Assembly: GCA_002633005.1 (NCBI GenBank)
Contig: NMRA01000260.1
Coordinates: forward strand, 499,292 to 563,291
Reading direction: 5' to 3'
Source: Phoronis australis
Taxonomy: Eukaryota; Animalia; Phoronida
Length of the DNA: 64,000 bases
The position numbers were made by a program, and so were the translations under genes. A model generated the notes under the pieces. The model was not told the origin of the DNA. It did not search any database and was given only the letters and a program-made list of their open reading frames with translations. The stretch's first letter is position 1. Every line of letters begins with the position of its first letter. Positions 1 to 13,000 of the stretch are shown here, in pieces.

Positions 1-1089
1 GCAGGTGTTATTATTGTATTCAAATGTTTCTTTTACGAGTCGTTTGTGCAATGTTTACATGTTGACCGGCCTGAGATGAGTTTTTGTTAATTTGATTCAT
101 GAGCATTGATGTCATTAGTATGTAAATATATGCAATGGATTTGCCCACGTGACGTTGCTCTATCTCCCCGTACTACCGAGTTAGGCAATACGGAGACTTT
201 CCCGTGGACCGTTTTTTGGGTTTGTCATCAGCTCGCGATGTTAAGCTCTCATTTTTATTCAATACTTTCAGTTCTGTTTTAATTGAACGGTAACCACTAA
301 CTGAATCGATAAATCTACATGCGTTATAAATTGGTGAAAACGCACTTGCGACATAGTGAATCGGTCGTAGGACTTGTTTCAAACGACAAGCGTGGTTCGG
401 GATTCGGTGCTTGCCCGTCAACATTCGCCTAACTGCAGAGGGATAACGAAGAGAATATAGATTTTATTAGGCGGTCCGAGAAAACGCTTGAAATAGCAGT
501 TTGTGGAAAATAAAACATTTCTATTGCTCAATCCACTTTTAATTACAGGTAAACATAATATAGACGCAAATTATGAATCTGTGTGAAGCTTACTTGAGAA
601 TAACTAACAACGTTTTGCCAGCCATTGCCTTCTCGGTGACTTTTTCCTGACAAACTTCAAAAGAAGAAACCTAACTGGTTTTAAAACCTAAAATCTCATT
701 GTGGGACACGAGGCAACTAGCTAAAAGGTCAAGCGTATATTCTTGCCAATGAGCAGACGCTGTGTCAATAATGTTTACTGCTACGTGAGGCGTAGCGAAA
801 GCTAGGAGAGATTGCGGAAGAGTGTGGCAAAAAAGTAGCCTGTGACATCCACATATAGCCTTTTCTCGCTATAATACGTCTACTACGACTCAGGTAAAAG
901 CATTTTGGGATCGGCTATTCATAATCCATGTGGGGTAATGAAAAGGTATCTTCTCAACCAGGACCGTAAGCTGCGTCATATCACACAGTCAACTGGGACA
1001 GTAGTGTGACTAAGAGCAGGGCTCACAAAGAACTGCTTCCTGCTGTGTGTGAACGTCACTCAGTATTTACAACTGTCAGCAAAATTCTA

Positions 1090-2218
1090 AGCCTTGATAC
1101 AAAGTACTTACACCCTCTACTTGAGTTTTAGGACTTTACACTTGAGAAAACTGCACCAGTGCGTTTAAAGGCAAAGGGAAGGTTGACTTCCTTAAAAAGC
1201 TGGAAAAGAGTCCAAACTTTTACCGTGCATTCAGGCAACTTGGCTTTGACTTAGATGTAAGTTCTGAAGTTTTAAAAGAGTTGGAAAAGTTCACCTGCCC
1301 CATGTCCGGTCCGAGTAGTGAGTCATCGATACCTGTAGATGCTACTAGTGCTAAGATGTTGTGCAAAATGGTTGATGAAGATAAAATTCTCACATACATG
1401 TACAAATCCAAAATTGACCTTGCTCGACTTCTCCCGTGCCTATCTGTACTGAAATCTTACATCCAGCGAGTATTGCCGTGTCGCCTTGTACAGGCGCGCT
1501 TGAGAACCCATAACTGAACAGCCAAAACCTTATGACGAAGGACAAGGTTGGATGCGGACTGATGAAAGAGCGTTAGAACCTGTGTGATCGCGTGGTCCTA
1601 TCTTACCAAACTCACTGACTAATCTCTTGATCACCGACGTTCGTAAAATGGTCGGAAAGAACTAAATGACGACTTGCACGGAAGTTTCACGGAAAGCGAT
1701 GAAAGTGACATCGAGTGAAGGAATATGTATGCAGCGATATAAACGCCTAATGATTGCCCATAGTTCTGCCATCATTTCCTGCTTTTTTCATTGAGATATT
1801 TAAAATATTTGTTGAAATTCGGTTTATTAAGAAGCTGGTAATGTGAACATTGAAAGTTGCACATTTAGTGTTTTCATTTTGGCTTATGTACACTTTCAGT
1901 GTAGTTTTGATTGTAAGTTACCGTATCATACAAATGACATGCAATAGATTATAAAGAAAGTTATTTCATCGAAATGCTTAACCCTTAAACTATCTGTTTT
2001 GACACTTGATTAGTTCAAACACAGGTACAACAAAGTGAGATATCGTCAAATAACGAAAAATCGGTAAATGCGGCTCTAGTTTGCATAAATTGCACGTGAG
2101 ACACTTGTTCGGCTTGTTAAATTTGTTCGGTTTTGATACATATTTTTCTGTGTAAAAACGCAGCTTAGAATTTGAAGTCCAGGGGATGCACCGGGGAGCA
2201 CACATTTCGACTCAACTA
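1090..2218 (+). mobile_element. Degenerate DNA transposon 3' portion, Academ (XPG-nuclease-bearing)-like
   Basis: From 1149: NCTSAFKGKGKVDFLKKL...LEKFTCPMSG...LARLLPC, then KPYDEGQGWMRTDERALEPV*SRGPILP. This resembles an H3TH/XPG-type segment plus a GW..L.P.W tail, broken by stops and frameshifts. Possible end at TTTCGACTCAACTA (2205-2218). The family assignment is from recalled motifs. Confidence 0.55.
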
Positions 2219-3152
2219 AAATGAATGTACTGTCATCAAATTACATTTTAGTAGATTAGTGTCAAAATTGTAAAAAAAATCAAACTACCTGAAAATGCAA
2301 GATATTTGTGCTTGAGTTACGACTAAAAACTCGACTCAACATTTTAACTAGTGCACAAGTACACGTACATTCCATGAATAAGCAATTAGCTGTTAGGTGC
2401 AGTAACGTGACGTCACATCAAACTCCAACAAAGATTCAACAAAAACGTTGTTTTGACGCTAATGCGTTTCGACTCAACTGCCAAATACTTGTACATGTAC
2501 ATGTAATTATCGCAAGATATTTATCTTACGTTTTGGACGCAGAGACTGACAAAGTTCAGTTGAAGAATATGCAGTTCATGTTGAAAACCACACCGTTGTA
2601 CAAGTAAGACGCACTGCAAGCAGGCAACGACTCCATTGATAACGTAGAAAAAAGTAAGTCTGTCATCTTGAACGGTAACAAACGTGAATTTGGTAAAAAA
2701 CAAAAAGTTTTAACCATAACTCTGAGCACACCAAGGTCTTAAATTGCCTGGTGTAATAAACAAATCGGAATGTTGACTTGCATTTGCCTACAGGTACGTC
2801 ACATTGCCAAACTTCAATTCAATCAACTTCCTTCTGTTCTTTGTTTTGTATATCATGGTGACGCAATATGGCGCCAAGATATACTTCATGTTTTAGTGAT
2901 TAATGTGTGTGGATAGCGAAATATATCTACCAAAACAAAAGTCCGCGCAATAACGAGTTTAAACTTCAGCAGACCGTTGCGTAGACAAAGAATATCAAAA
3001 TGTCAACAGGTTCCAGGTTCAACCTCTTTCATCAGAGGAAAAGTTCCAGGGTGAACCCTAGTTGGTGATCATAGCCACAAATTCCACGTTTATTCCATGC
3101 AAGCGAAAAATCAGCGATTGCGCTTGACGCGTGTCAATGTCACTAATTAACT

Positions 3153-3660
3153 CCTGAGCGCACCCAGCCTAAAATACAAGGGGACTCAAATTCTTCGGTA
3201 TGCGTACCTTTTACTTATAAAGAAATCAACGAAGACAAAAAAGTAACCCCGACAGGTTCTGGCCTACGAATTGTGCATCCGCGCAGGATTCTTTTGGATT
3301 TGTGGGCACTCGTCCCATTTGCTTGGACTTTTTGTTTCGTTAAGGCGGACCTTTTTGCCCAATTCGCCAAATTGGGTGGCTGGTTCGAGCCCCCTCCCCC
3401 CTCCCCCCTCCCGTGGGTGCACACATCGCCATTAAACCTGTGTTTTGAATCATGCGTTCATCCAGGGGGGCTCGGGGGGCTCGAACCAGCCCCCATTTGG
3501 CGAAGTGGACAAAAAGGTCCGTCTCAGAAAAACAAAAAGTCCAACAAAACGAGACAGAAGTCCACTAAACCCCATTTTTAGTCCTGCCGTTTTTTGTCAG
3601 CAAAAGTCCACATCGCTAGAAGTTCGAGCCCTCCATATTCAAAGGCTGGGTACGCGCATG
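3153..3660. mobile_element. MITE with CATGCGCG..CCCAGCCT-type TIRs, 23 bp past the gene A stop
   Basis: cctgagcgcacccagcct ... aggctgggtacgcgcatg; internal GC-rich sub-repeats shared with 13254, 15418 and 36750. Confidence 0.7.
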
Positions 3661-3683
3661 TGAATGCGTGCACAATCATGCGC

Positions 3684-4007
3684 TCAAGGTCGTTTTAACA
3701 AAAGCGCCAAAGCTGCAACCACGCAGATTATCAAGTACATAATCAAAAACAGTCGATCTAGCACCATGCCTACTTTACGCCAATCGTCTTCCAAAGCGCT
3801 TTGCTCGTCCTCCGCTCGATGGCGTGCCAACATTGCGCCCTCGATGCTTTTCAATCGGTCGCCAATGACGCACAAAGGAGAATTGCCGCACACAACAGAG
3901 TCACCGGATTTCTTCTCATTCCAGCTCTGATTCCAGTTAGCGATGTCTTCTACTTGTGTTTCAGATTCTTTTCGGATTCCATTTAGTTGGGCACATTTGC
4001 CGTTTTC
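3684..4007 (-). CDS. Gene A exon 10 (MA helix, M4, stop)
   Basis: 324 nt, DWRKVGMVLDRLFL...LLKRP*. Confidence 0.93.
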   Translation of the reverse strand, partial: ENGKCAQLNGIRKESETQVEDIANWNQSWNEKKSGDSVVCGNSPLCVIGDRLKSIEGAMLARHRAEDEQSALEDDWRKVGMVLDRLFLIMYLIICVVAALALLLKRP

Positions 4008-7000
4008 CTGAGAAAACAAACATGGTCCGTTTCATCAATTGTGGTACGCCCGAGTTTACCTGTAGGTCCTAACAAGGAGGCAACGCTGTATTTTTACAAT
4101 AACGGAATTGACCTATCGCAAGCTCCGCCCCCCTGCAAAAAGTTTACAAACAACAGGTTTTACCCGACAATGTGTTGTCTGTCTGGTAAAATGGCGACTC
4201 GGAAACGAAGGTGTATCAAGAAGGCTGCGTTGCGATTGGTCAGTTAATCACGTAAAAGAAGTGTGTGTCCGTAACTTCAAAGAATCAACCGTAAAGAACA
4301 ACTGAGCTCTGGACATTTAATAAAACTGCGACCTGTCAGAAAATCGTAAGAGTAATGCCATGCCCGTGAGTCGCAAAGTCGCACAATAAATCCTTATATG
4401 TATTGCAGCGTCACTTGTTTTGTTTCATGTTTTTGGATTAAATATTTCGTTTTTGTTTTCCGCGTTCACATGCATATATACGGCTACACATTTCCTCGCC
4501 ACTCTCTATCGTCCGTCCGTCCGGCGACAGCCGCTGTGTCTCCTTAACACGTTGAAAATGTTTCTGAAATTCGGCAACGGGTTTCCTACAATCATGACCA
4601 CATACACCGACGGAACCGTCTACCGTTTGGAATTTGCAATTTCGGCTTGAACGAATTAGCATTGTGTGGGACGTGAGCATTCATTGGGAATTTCGGGAGT
4701 GTAATTTTTGACAGACGATTTCCCGTATAGATAAAATGGAGAGGAATAACACGCTTTTGTGTATAGTGTCACATTTTGTATTCACGGTTCGTTATCGCGG
4801 TGTTCCGACAGGCCGTATCTGTCTACTATTTGTTAAATACAGTTGGATGGTTCAAGAATGCTGTAAAAGGGAAATAGATTTTATAAATGATAGCATTTTC
4901 GAACGAATAGTCAACTTTGTAACATCCATTTTGTCCTTTGCTGCACAAGATTTGGAAAATGGAATATTTCTGCCTTACCTGGCAAGGACTGACTTCCGAC
5001 TTTTTCTGTTCAATCCCGCTGCATTCCACGTCAAAGCAGAGAATTCGAGCCAAACCTTTCAGTATCAACACCTCGACCCATTTTGGCAGTGGCTTTCCAC
5101 GGCCCCCACGGAAGTGGACGTGAATAACAAATGCTGATAACAGTGTCGTTACAGAGAGCATGGTCACGATCACGGCAAAGAACTCTCCTGTAAAGAAGAT
5201 TTATTCCGTATGTGATTCTCCTGCACATGAAAAATCAGATTCAGGCTTCGGCATTATGTTTTAAACGTAGTCCTGATAACAATTTTAACTTATTTTATTA
5301 CTTAATCTCAGCAAATCTGCAGATGTTTCTGAAAATCGCGGATCCAGTGGCAGTGTCAAGCAATGAAAATAAACATATCAGACTGACCCACTGCCGCCTC
5401 ACTTTCGTCTACAGCTTGACCTTTATTTTCACGTTGTGATAATGTTGCATGCGAATTTGGCAGAGAGTGATAATAGAATGCCTCTGTGATAAAAACAGCC
5501 GTGCAGCCTAGATAGTGAAGTTATGTGCCATGGGAGTGTCTGTTCCTTAATATGACAAGATCTGTTGAGCGTTGCACACGAAGGGTTTAGTTTAATCTCA
5601 CTGTTTAGAGATGAGTGGGAACGTTGATATGGAATAACTTCTCTGGCAGAGGTTGTGGGTAGGGATAACATAAAAAAATTGTTGATTTGAAGCTTATTTG
5701 TAAGACACTGACGGTGCGTCTCGAAGTTGTCCAATCTAAACGTGCCTGTTGAAATCACAGTATTTGATATGAGCCAATGGAAAGTAGCCTTAGACATAGC
5801 ATTCCTCGCCAAAAATTTGTAAAATGCTTGATCCGCCAGGTGATGCTTACCGCCATGACACACGCTCGCCTTAACCAATCATAACAACGCATAGGTAGGT
5901 CAAAGGTTACGAAGCTTGTACAAGTAAGTGGCATCAGCCTGAGGCCGAAGTCAGTCTTGTCTCTCAACCAATACTGGTCAAGATTAGTAATTGGAACTTA
6001 TGGAAATTCACAACCCACCCTGTGGGAATGATTGGTGGATCAACGGGGTGACAGCTGTCTGCTGACAGAACCACAACCAATATGAACTGATGGCCGTTTG
6101 GCGCATCGGGCTGACAGTGCGCATACTAAATTGCTTTTTATTAATCCTCAGATGTTTGCCAATACATGTATATTGGGTGTGGAATCCATTACTACGTAAA
6201 ATGAGGCGGCGGGCAGTGTTGTTATGAACTCTATTATAAGACGGTAACTAACAGACATTTCCACCGTTCCCTGACCCACGCAACAAAATTTGACCCAGTT
6301 TAGTGATTATGTTCACTTTTTTACATACCCCATAGCCAGAACAACATTTAAATCATTAAACAAATCGCCGATATTTTCACCGGTAAATATTGTGAGTGCC
6401 AAAAATGAAACAACTTTTTGAAGACAACCGTTAAATCATCTACTTACAGCCGAGAAAGTGGAATTTGTGTAATTCCAACTTTTTTTCCTATGATCATCTC
6501 GTATGCGGGAATGGGCAAAACAACGATTCCTACCAATTGTCATCAAATCTCTCTTCAACAGAATGCATATTCCATTGCAAGAAAGCCAACCAATCAGTAA
6601 CATTTCTCGTTTCGCCACTATTCGTGCATCCATTTTTTGGAAGAGAAGTGGAAATTTTTTCGAAAAAGCAATTGGGCAGCAATCTCTGAATACTCCTGGT
6701 CGCCGCTTAGGCTGTCTGCAAAATCGGTGGCAAAACGACTTCTACCAAAATCTTGACTTAAACCTGAGTCTTGTGCTCAAATACTGACTTCAGGATAATC
6801 GTTAACATACGCCTGAACGGGGCAACTTTAAAACTTTAAGAAACGAGGAAAAAATTAAGCAATGACACTAATATTTGGCAATAACAAGTCTTATCATACA
6901 CTCTCTGTGGCCATTGTGCTATCGGCAATTTGTGAAGTTATCTCCCATGACTATTAAGTGCTGATAAATTTTGTTCCTGTGTATTTCTTATGGCGGTCTG

Positions 7001-10000
7001 CTGGAATGATTTGTACAGGTTACAAAATTCTGACGATGAGCATAGCCTCCTGTCTCAGGCCTTACATGTACGTCAAGTGAACGAAGTATTGGACTTTCGA
7101 ATTCATTCTTTGGATGACAATTCCGCAGCGACTGGGCAATGATTCTCATTCTAGACCGTGTCCTGCTTTTCACTCAATTCAGCAAAGCCGGAAACAACAT
7201 TTGGATTGGCCCATACTTTTCCCACTGATTCCTGCACGCGCTTTACACCAAAGTCCGAACAAGGGCATGCGCACTGATGCTCACACACAAAATTTATTTC
7301 TTCGTGCCAATGAAACATCCTTGTACAGTGTCAATCCACCAGAAATGTCACTGTGAAAAAATGAAGTCCTCCTAAATGTCAGGGCAACTGACCTCTGTAG
7401 CTGAAAGTAATTGTGTGCACATTTTGTGCAGGCAGTTACATCGTTTTGAAAACATGTGAATACAATAATAAACACTCTTTTATATTCTTTGAAACTGCCC
7501 TTTTTCAGTGCCTGTCAGCCAAATACACACGACAAATTCTGATCAGTCAACACAGTTGGTCTCATAGTTTTTCATAAAGTTATTGCCTTTCCGTTGCCAA
7601 ATAGAACATCGGAACAATAAGTGACTCAGGAAAATGCTTTTGATTCTATTGCGGTTGAACAACCTCAAAATTCCGTATTCAAAAATGCGCTTTTACGCAT
7701 TGCCTGTGATCCCAACCTGCACACAGGCGGCAACGTTCAAAACCAAAAAGCGACTGATTGCAAGTCCACTTAGACAGCTACACGGGTAACATAAGCAAAA
7801 TAAATGTTATAAGAGCTTAACAAGACAGAGCTAGAGAATTACCCAACAATGGTATGGACCTGGAGGTCGGTGGCATCTTATCAGCCATCAGTAACATTAT
7901 GAAGGACAGCGCCACCAACATAGTGACGCAGAGACCAATCTTCTCGCCCTCGTTAGAAGGCAGTATGTATGCCAGCATACCAATGGCGGCAATCAGGCAT
8001 GATGGAAGAACCTACAGAGGGAATACATGAATAGTACATTAAGATAAAACGTGTTGCATGCAGCACGTTTGGCAATAACTGCTAAGCTCTGATTTACAGT
8101 TCCTTTACCGTAATTTTTGTTAAGAGTACTGGAAAAATGTTTCAAGCCAACTTTTCGCCATTTGTAAGTGAATGCAAGGTTGATCTCTTTCTATGGCTTA
8201 CATAGAACAACTTATAAACCATATTCAAGCAGTCGCCATTTTAAAAGTGATCCTCTTTTCAGGTGTTAAAAACAATGCATTTGGCTCTTAAATACAACGC
8301 AAAACGTGATTTTTTTCGCGTACGTCGTTATACGTGTATCCATGTCTCAAATGCGTTGCCTTTAAACCATAAAGGAGGCTCACTACTAAAATGGCGGCAG
8401 CTTGAATAAGGTCTACACTGTGTAAATGACATATTAAAATGGAATTAGCAAAAATTCATTTTCGAAGAAGTGGGTGTACCGCCCGAAGACCACCAAGAGC
8501 GAGGCCGTTCACTACTAGTATAAGGGGTCCCGCTTTTTGACCGCTTTGGAGCGGGCCCTACATTAATATAAGGGGCCTCGCGTTTTGACCTCCTTCAGAC
8601 GTTGCCGAATATATAAATATGTGAATACCCGCTTTGGCCTCCTTCTGGTGGGCCGCCTGTATTGATATACATGTAGATATCCAGCTTTTGAAGATTGAAG
8701 GTTGATTTCTTTCCAATGTTATTTTAATAAGATTAATTTATTTAAAACGAACTTGTTTTAAGATTTTCGCACAGCACCAAGACAAAAAGGTTTAGTTTGT
8801 GTTTTTTCAATATCGAATCGGTGGTATTTTCTTTAGCTGTTCACTTCTTGAAAACAGACCAACCGAAAAGAGCAGAAAATATCCTATTGCATACAGGTGT
8901 ACGTTCCCTTGTGCAGTTGCTAGATAAAGGGAACAGAAAAGGCATACGACCACTGCTGAAATTGATGCAGGAGTGTTTTTTTTGTAGGCGGTGAGAGCAG
9001 GTCCTCTCAATGAACTGAATAAATTTCTTCTGCGCACTTTGAATTGTTGTACAGCAATAGCTACATGTAAGACTTCATGAAATTAATTATTTGTAAGATT
9101 TTGCTTGTTCAAGCACAATAGAATTGTATTTAAGGAATTTGACAGCATTGGGCAGTAATTGCTGTGAAATTTTATGACATCTTTATTCAAATTGGATGAT
9201 AACAGAATCTTTAGATTTGAGTAAATGAAACAGTGTCAGACAACCGCTGCCTAGAAATATTCTAAATTGATGCATCTTTTCATTACTCGACTATTGTTGA
9301 CAATTGGCCAAATCAAAGAAAAGGAAGACATAACAACATCAGTTACGTAAATTCTGCTAGACTCACCAAGTTAAAACTAACATACAACGATCTTCTCTTT
9401 AAATACAGGGAGAACGTCAAATCCGGGAATTTCTCGTCCGTGTGGTTGTAACCGACAACATTTCTCTCAACTGGAAATTTTTCAAGAATCCATTCGTTGT
9501 TTTCTGGAAAAAAATGACGACATGGTCTTTCAACTGTTGATGGAGTTCCATGAAATTTTCATTCAAGAACACATTCTTAGATAACCATAGATGAAGCCAT
9601 TACACGATTAAACAATTTGTAACTGGGGTACAGAAATCAACCAAAGGGTAGAAAACTCCAAACATCCGAGTCAAGAATATGTACATGTAAGTATTCTGGA
9701 ATCTCAACAGATTGCTATTGTAAAATGTGTTGCATAAACTTAAGTAGGAAAAGGAAAAAGATACCACTGACGCAATACATTTCTAACTTTGGTACTTAGC
9801 CTGCCTGCGTATTATAATGCAGTAACACTGGCTTGTTGTCAGTGTTCGACAGAACTCTGCCAGACCATTGAAATGGAGAGGAGGTACATGTATCCCGCAT
9901 GGGCTTTGGAGTCACTCCCCAAATTGTTTAAGAAAAAAAAAAACACTTTGCGAAATGAGGGTAACCGCAGACGTAAAACTACGTGCTCATCAGTCTGCCT

Positions 10001-13000
10001 CTATTGAGCGACATATGAGTTGACAGCTCACGTCAAGGTGTGAAAATACATCAACAATTGAAGTGAACTAATGGCGGGTTCATTCATTTCCCCTTGGCAT
10101 GAGCTGTCAGCTCAACCGTGGTTCAATTAAGGGTGACACCTGAGCTCATAAACCTCCGTTTTAGAGGGGCCCTTAAAAAGACACGTGGGTTTTTGTTCCA
10201 CACCCTCTGTGGTCGTGACGTTAACCTGTTGCTGAACAGCAGAAATTCACCTAAGAATTGAAAAACCACATGACAGTTTTCCTTGTGAAGGGTTATAAAC
10301 CTGAGGTAAGTTCCGTAGACCCAGCTCATTATGCCCTTGCAGTGACAAATCTTCCCATAAAACGGAGACATTTAATTTGATCTCATAATTCACGAATTGT
10401 GTTCCATTCAAACTTCACCGACAAATCACTTCAATGTTCACCATTTTGCTAGTTTACGAAAGTAAGCCCCCGAGCGAAAAAACCTTGCCCTTCAATCGCG
10501 TGATTTTGTGACGTGTTTTGTGATATGTTCACAAGATTCTCGAATCTACGAAACGCTGTACTTTTGCCAGTTTCTGCAACATTGTGAGGTATTGTTGCAC
10601 TTTTAAGACTTGTTAAGAAATAAATTGTCTTTTTCGTAGTGGAATTGCAAACCAGTAGCTCTACCTAAAGGTAGGTTCTCTCCTTAAAATGCAAATCCGA
10701 CACAAGTACTAGGTGGAAATGAATTCTCTTTTAATATTAATTCAGCTTTCTGTCCTTATTCTACATATTTTACTGATTCTGACCCCTATTAATTTCAAGC
10801 CAAATCTGCTCCTGCATTGCTCGCTTCATATCGCCTCATATAAATACATGTATACCTCTGATGGCCTGGAGCCAACAAAGATTCGCCCCTGATTTTACAT
10901 GTACTGTACAAGGAGCTTACCTTTGTAAACAGTTGTATCCCCAGTCTTTCCTACGGGGTGGATATCTAGTTGAGCCAAACTAAACACCCACGATCCGAAC
11001 TTCATGTGACACACCTATTAACAAAATACGAATTCAAAAAGTTGCCGTGAACAAGCGAGGAGCATTCGTCACAGTGCATTGACATAGGCTGGGAGTAAAA
11101 AATTCAGTGGAAAAGCATTTCCTTTATCTACTAAAAATATGCTGAAATAAATAAAACTATCGATCGTTTTTACTTTACTTCAAAGCGTGTATTATTTAAT
11201 TACCTGTTTATCGAACGGGAAGTACGTGACATCTAGCGGACAGAAACTCGTCAGTGTGGTGGGAAATCTCCAGTACACGCGACCGTCGTGCATGACGACT
11301 ATCAGAGAATCGTCATTCGAAAGCCTGAAATTACTGCCGACAGCACTATAGGGAAAAGAATAACAGTCTGCGTGAGAATTGAGACACATTAATATGCCCC
11401 ACTTAAAAAGGCTAATAAGCCCGCCTTTTTTCAATAAGTTGAGTTTTGATTTAGACATCTTGCCTCTATATATGAAATTGGTCTCAACTCCTTCTTTAAT
11501 AATGCGGGAATTGATTTTGGTCTTGCAAAACTGTCATCTCGTTATTCCTCGAGACCATGCTTATCGAACAAAGTGTCATCACGTGGCAAGTCTGCAACTT
11601 TCATAGTCACCTCTCAAGTAACAACCAACTGCCATCTTTTTAACTCAGAAATCAAAACTATTTTGCATAAGAATAAGTTGCGGCCAGTTTCATGACGGGA
11701 AATGGTCTGAATGGTTTTTGTGATAACTGGGGGATTTGTAGACGGTTTAACGTCAAGAAAAGTTTAACTAGTAACAAAAAGGCATACCCAAAGTTTCGAC
11801 AAATTCTTCCCCTTTGCGACCATACGTTTTACAGTGCACTTGCACTCGCTTGTACTATGATTCATTTCCTTGTTATTCGAATAGACACACAGAGCGGTTT
11901 TCAAGAGAAATTTAATCCCTGACATCGTTTTTTTCAGGGAGTGGTTAGGACAATTTAATTCAAAAATACGACTAGGGCATGGAATCCATTGTACAACTTT
12001 GCCTTTATATAGGTACACGACAACTGAAGACTATTATATCATACGAGCCTGTTTTTTTCATTTTTAACTAGTGTGATTTGAATCCCAATTCAGTTGTTTA
12101 GCGCAGATTGTTATCACCATTTCAACTGCATACAATGTCAGTCAAAAAGAAGCTACTGTCTTAGTCTAGTCTGCATCAATTGGCCAATCTCCAAAACCGT
12201 ATTTATCATGCCCTTTAAAAATCTCACCTACTGGCATCGTTTTCAAGGTATACGCCAGACTACAATGCTCTAGAATACAAGTACCTACAAGTCTTGGAGC
12301 ACACTGTGCGGAAATAGCACCATCTTCCGCCAAATTACCTAGTGCAATGCTGAAAGACTATCGTGTTCCTTCTGTTTTAAGTCTCCATCTGCGTCAGGCT
12401 TACAATGTCAACGAAACATGATGAACGTTATCGTGCTTTTTTAGTTGAGTAAAACCAAATTCTTTCTTCGGAGGTTGGGGCGTTTTGAAGCGTCAATAAC
12501 CGAACGTGCATTACAACATTGGGGAGGCATGATATCAAAACAATTATCAGTTGTTGAAAAATTATTAATAGATTAGGGGTAGTAGCATTTAGTTTCACAT
12601 TCTTTGTGGATTTTACATCTGTGAAAAGAAAGTTACAAAATCGACTAGATAAGACGAACCTGTTATAAAGAACAATATCGGGAAGCCAAACGTTTTTTGA
12701 TGACAACTCCGTTCTGGTAACTCCTTGGTAGTCGGACACGTTCCACTTAAGAGAGGCGTCATACCAAGACTGGAAGAATGTTGAAGACTGATTAAGAAGC
12801 CCTTGATTTTCTGTCTCGAAAATAAAAGGGGACGAAAACTGATGTTTTTGTAAGAACGTTGCAACAAAAACAACAATTTTTAAATTATCATGAAAACCTG
12901 AAAAATCTCTCTCAAAAGGTGGCAGAACCATCCGTGGACACGAAAGTCGAACAGCACTATTGGGGTATTTAATTCTTCTTTGATTTTACAGAACGTACAC

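Noticed and set aside
12200-12280. Intron-4 block similar between A and B (37870-37920), read as a conserved enhancer
   Set aside because: Other intron segments near exons are similarly alignable, so residual duplication homology is sufficient
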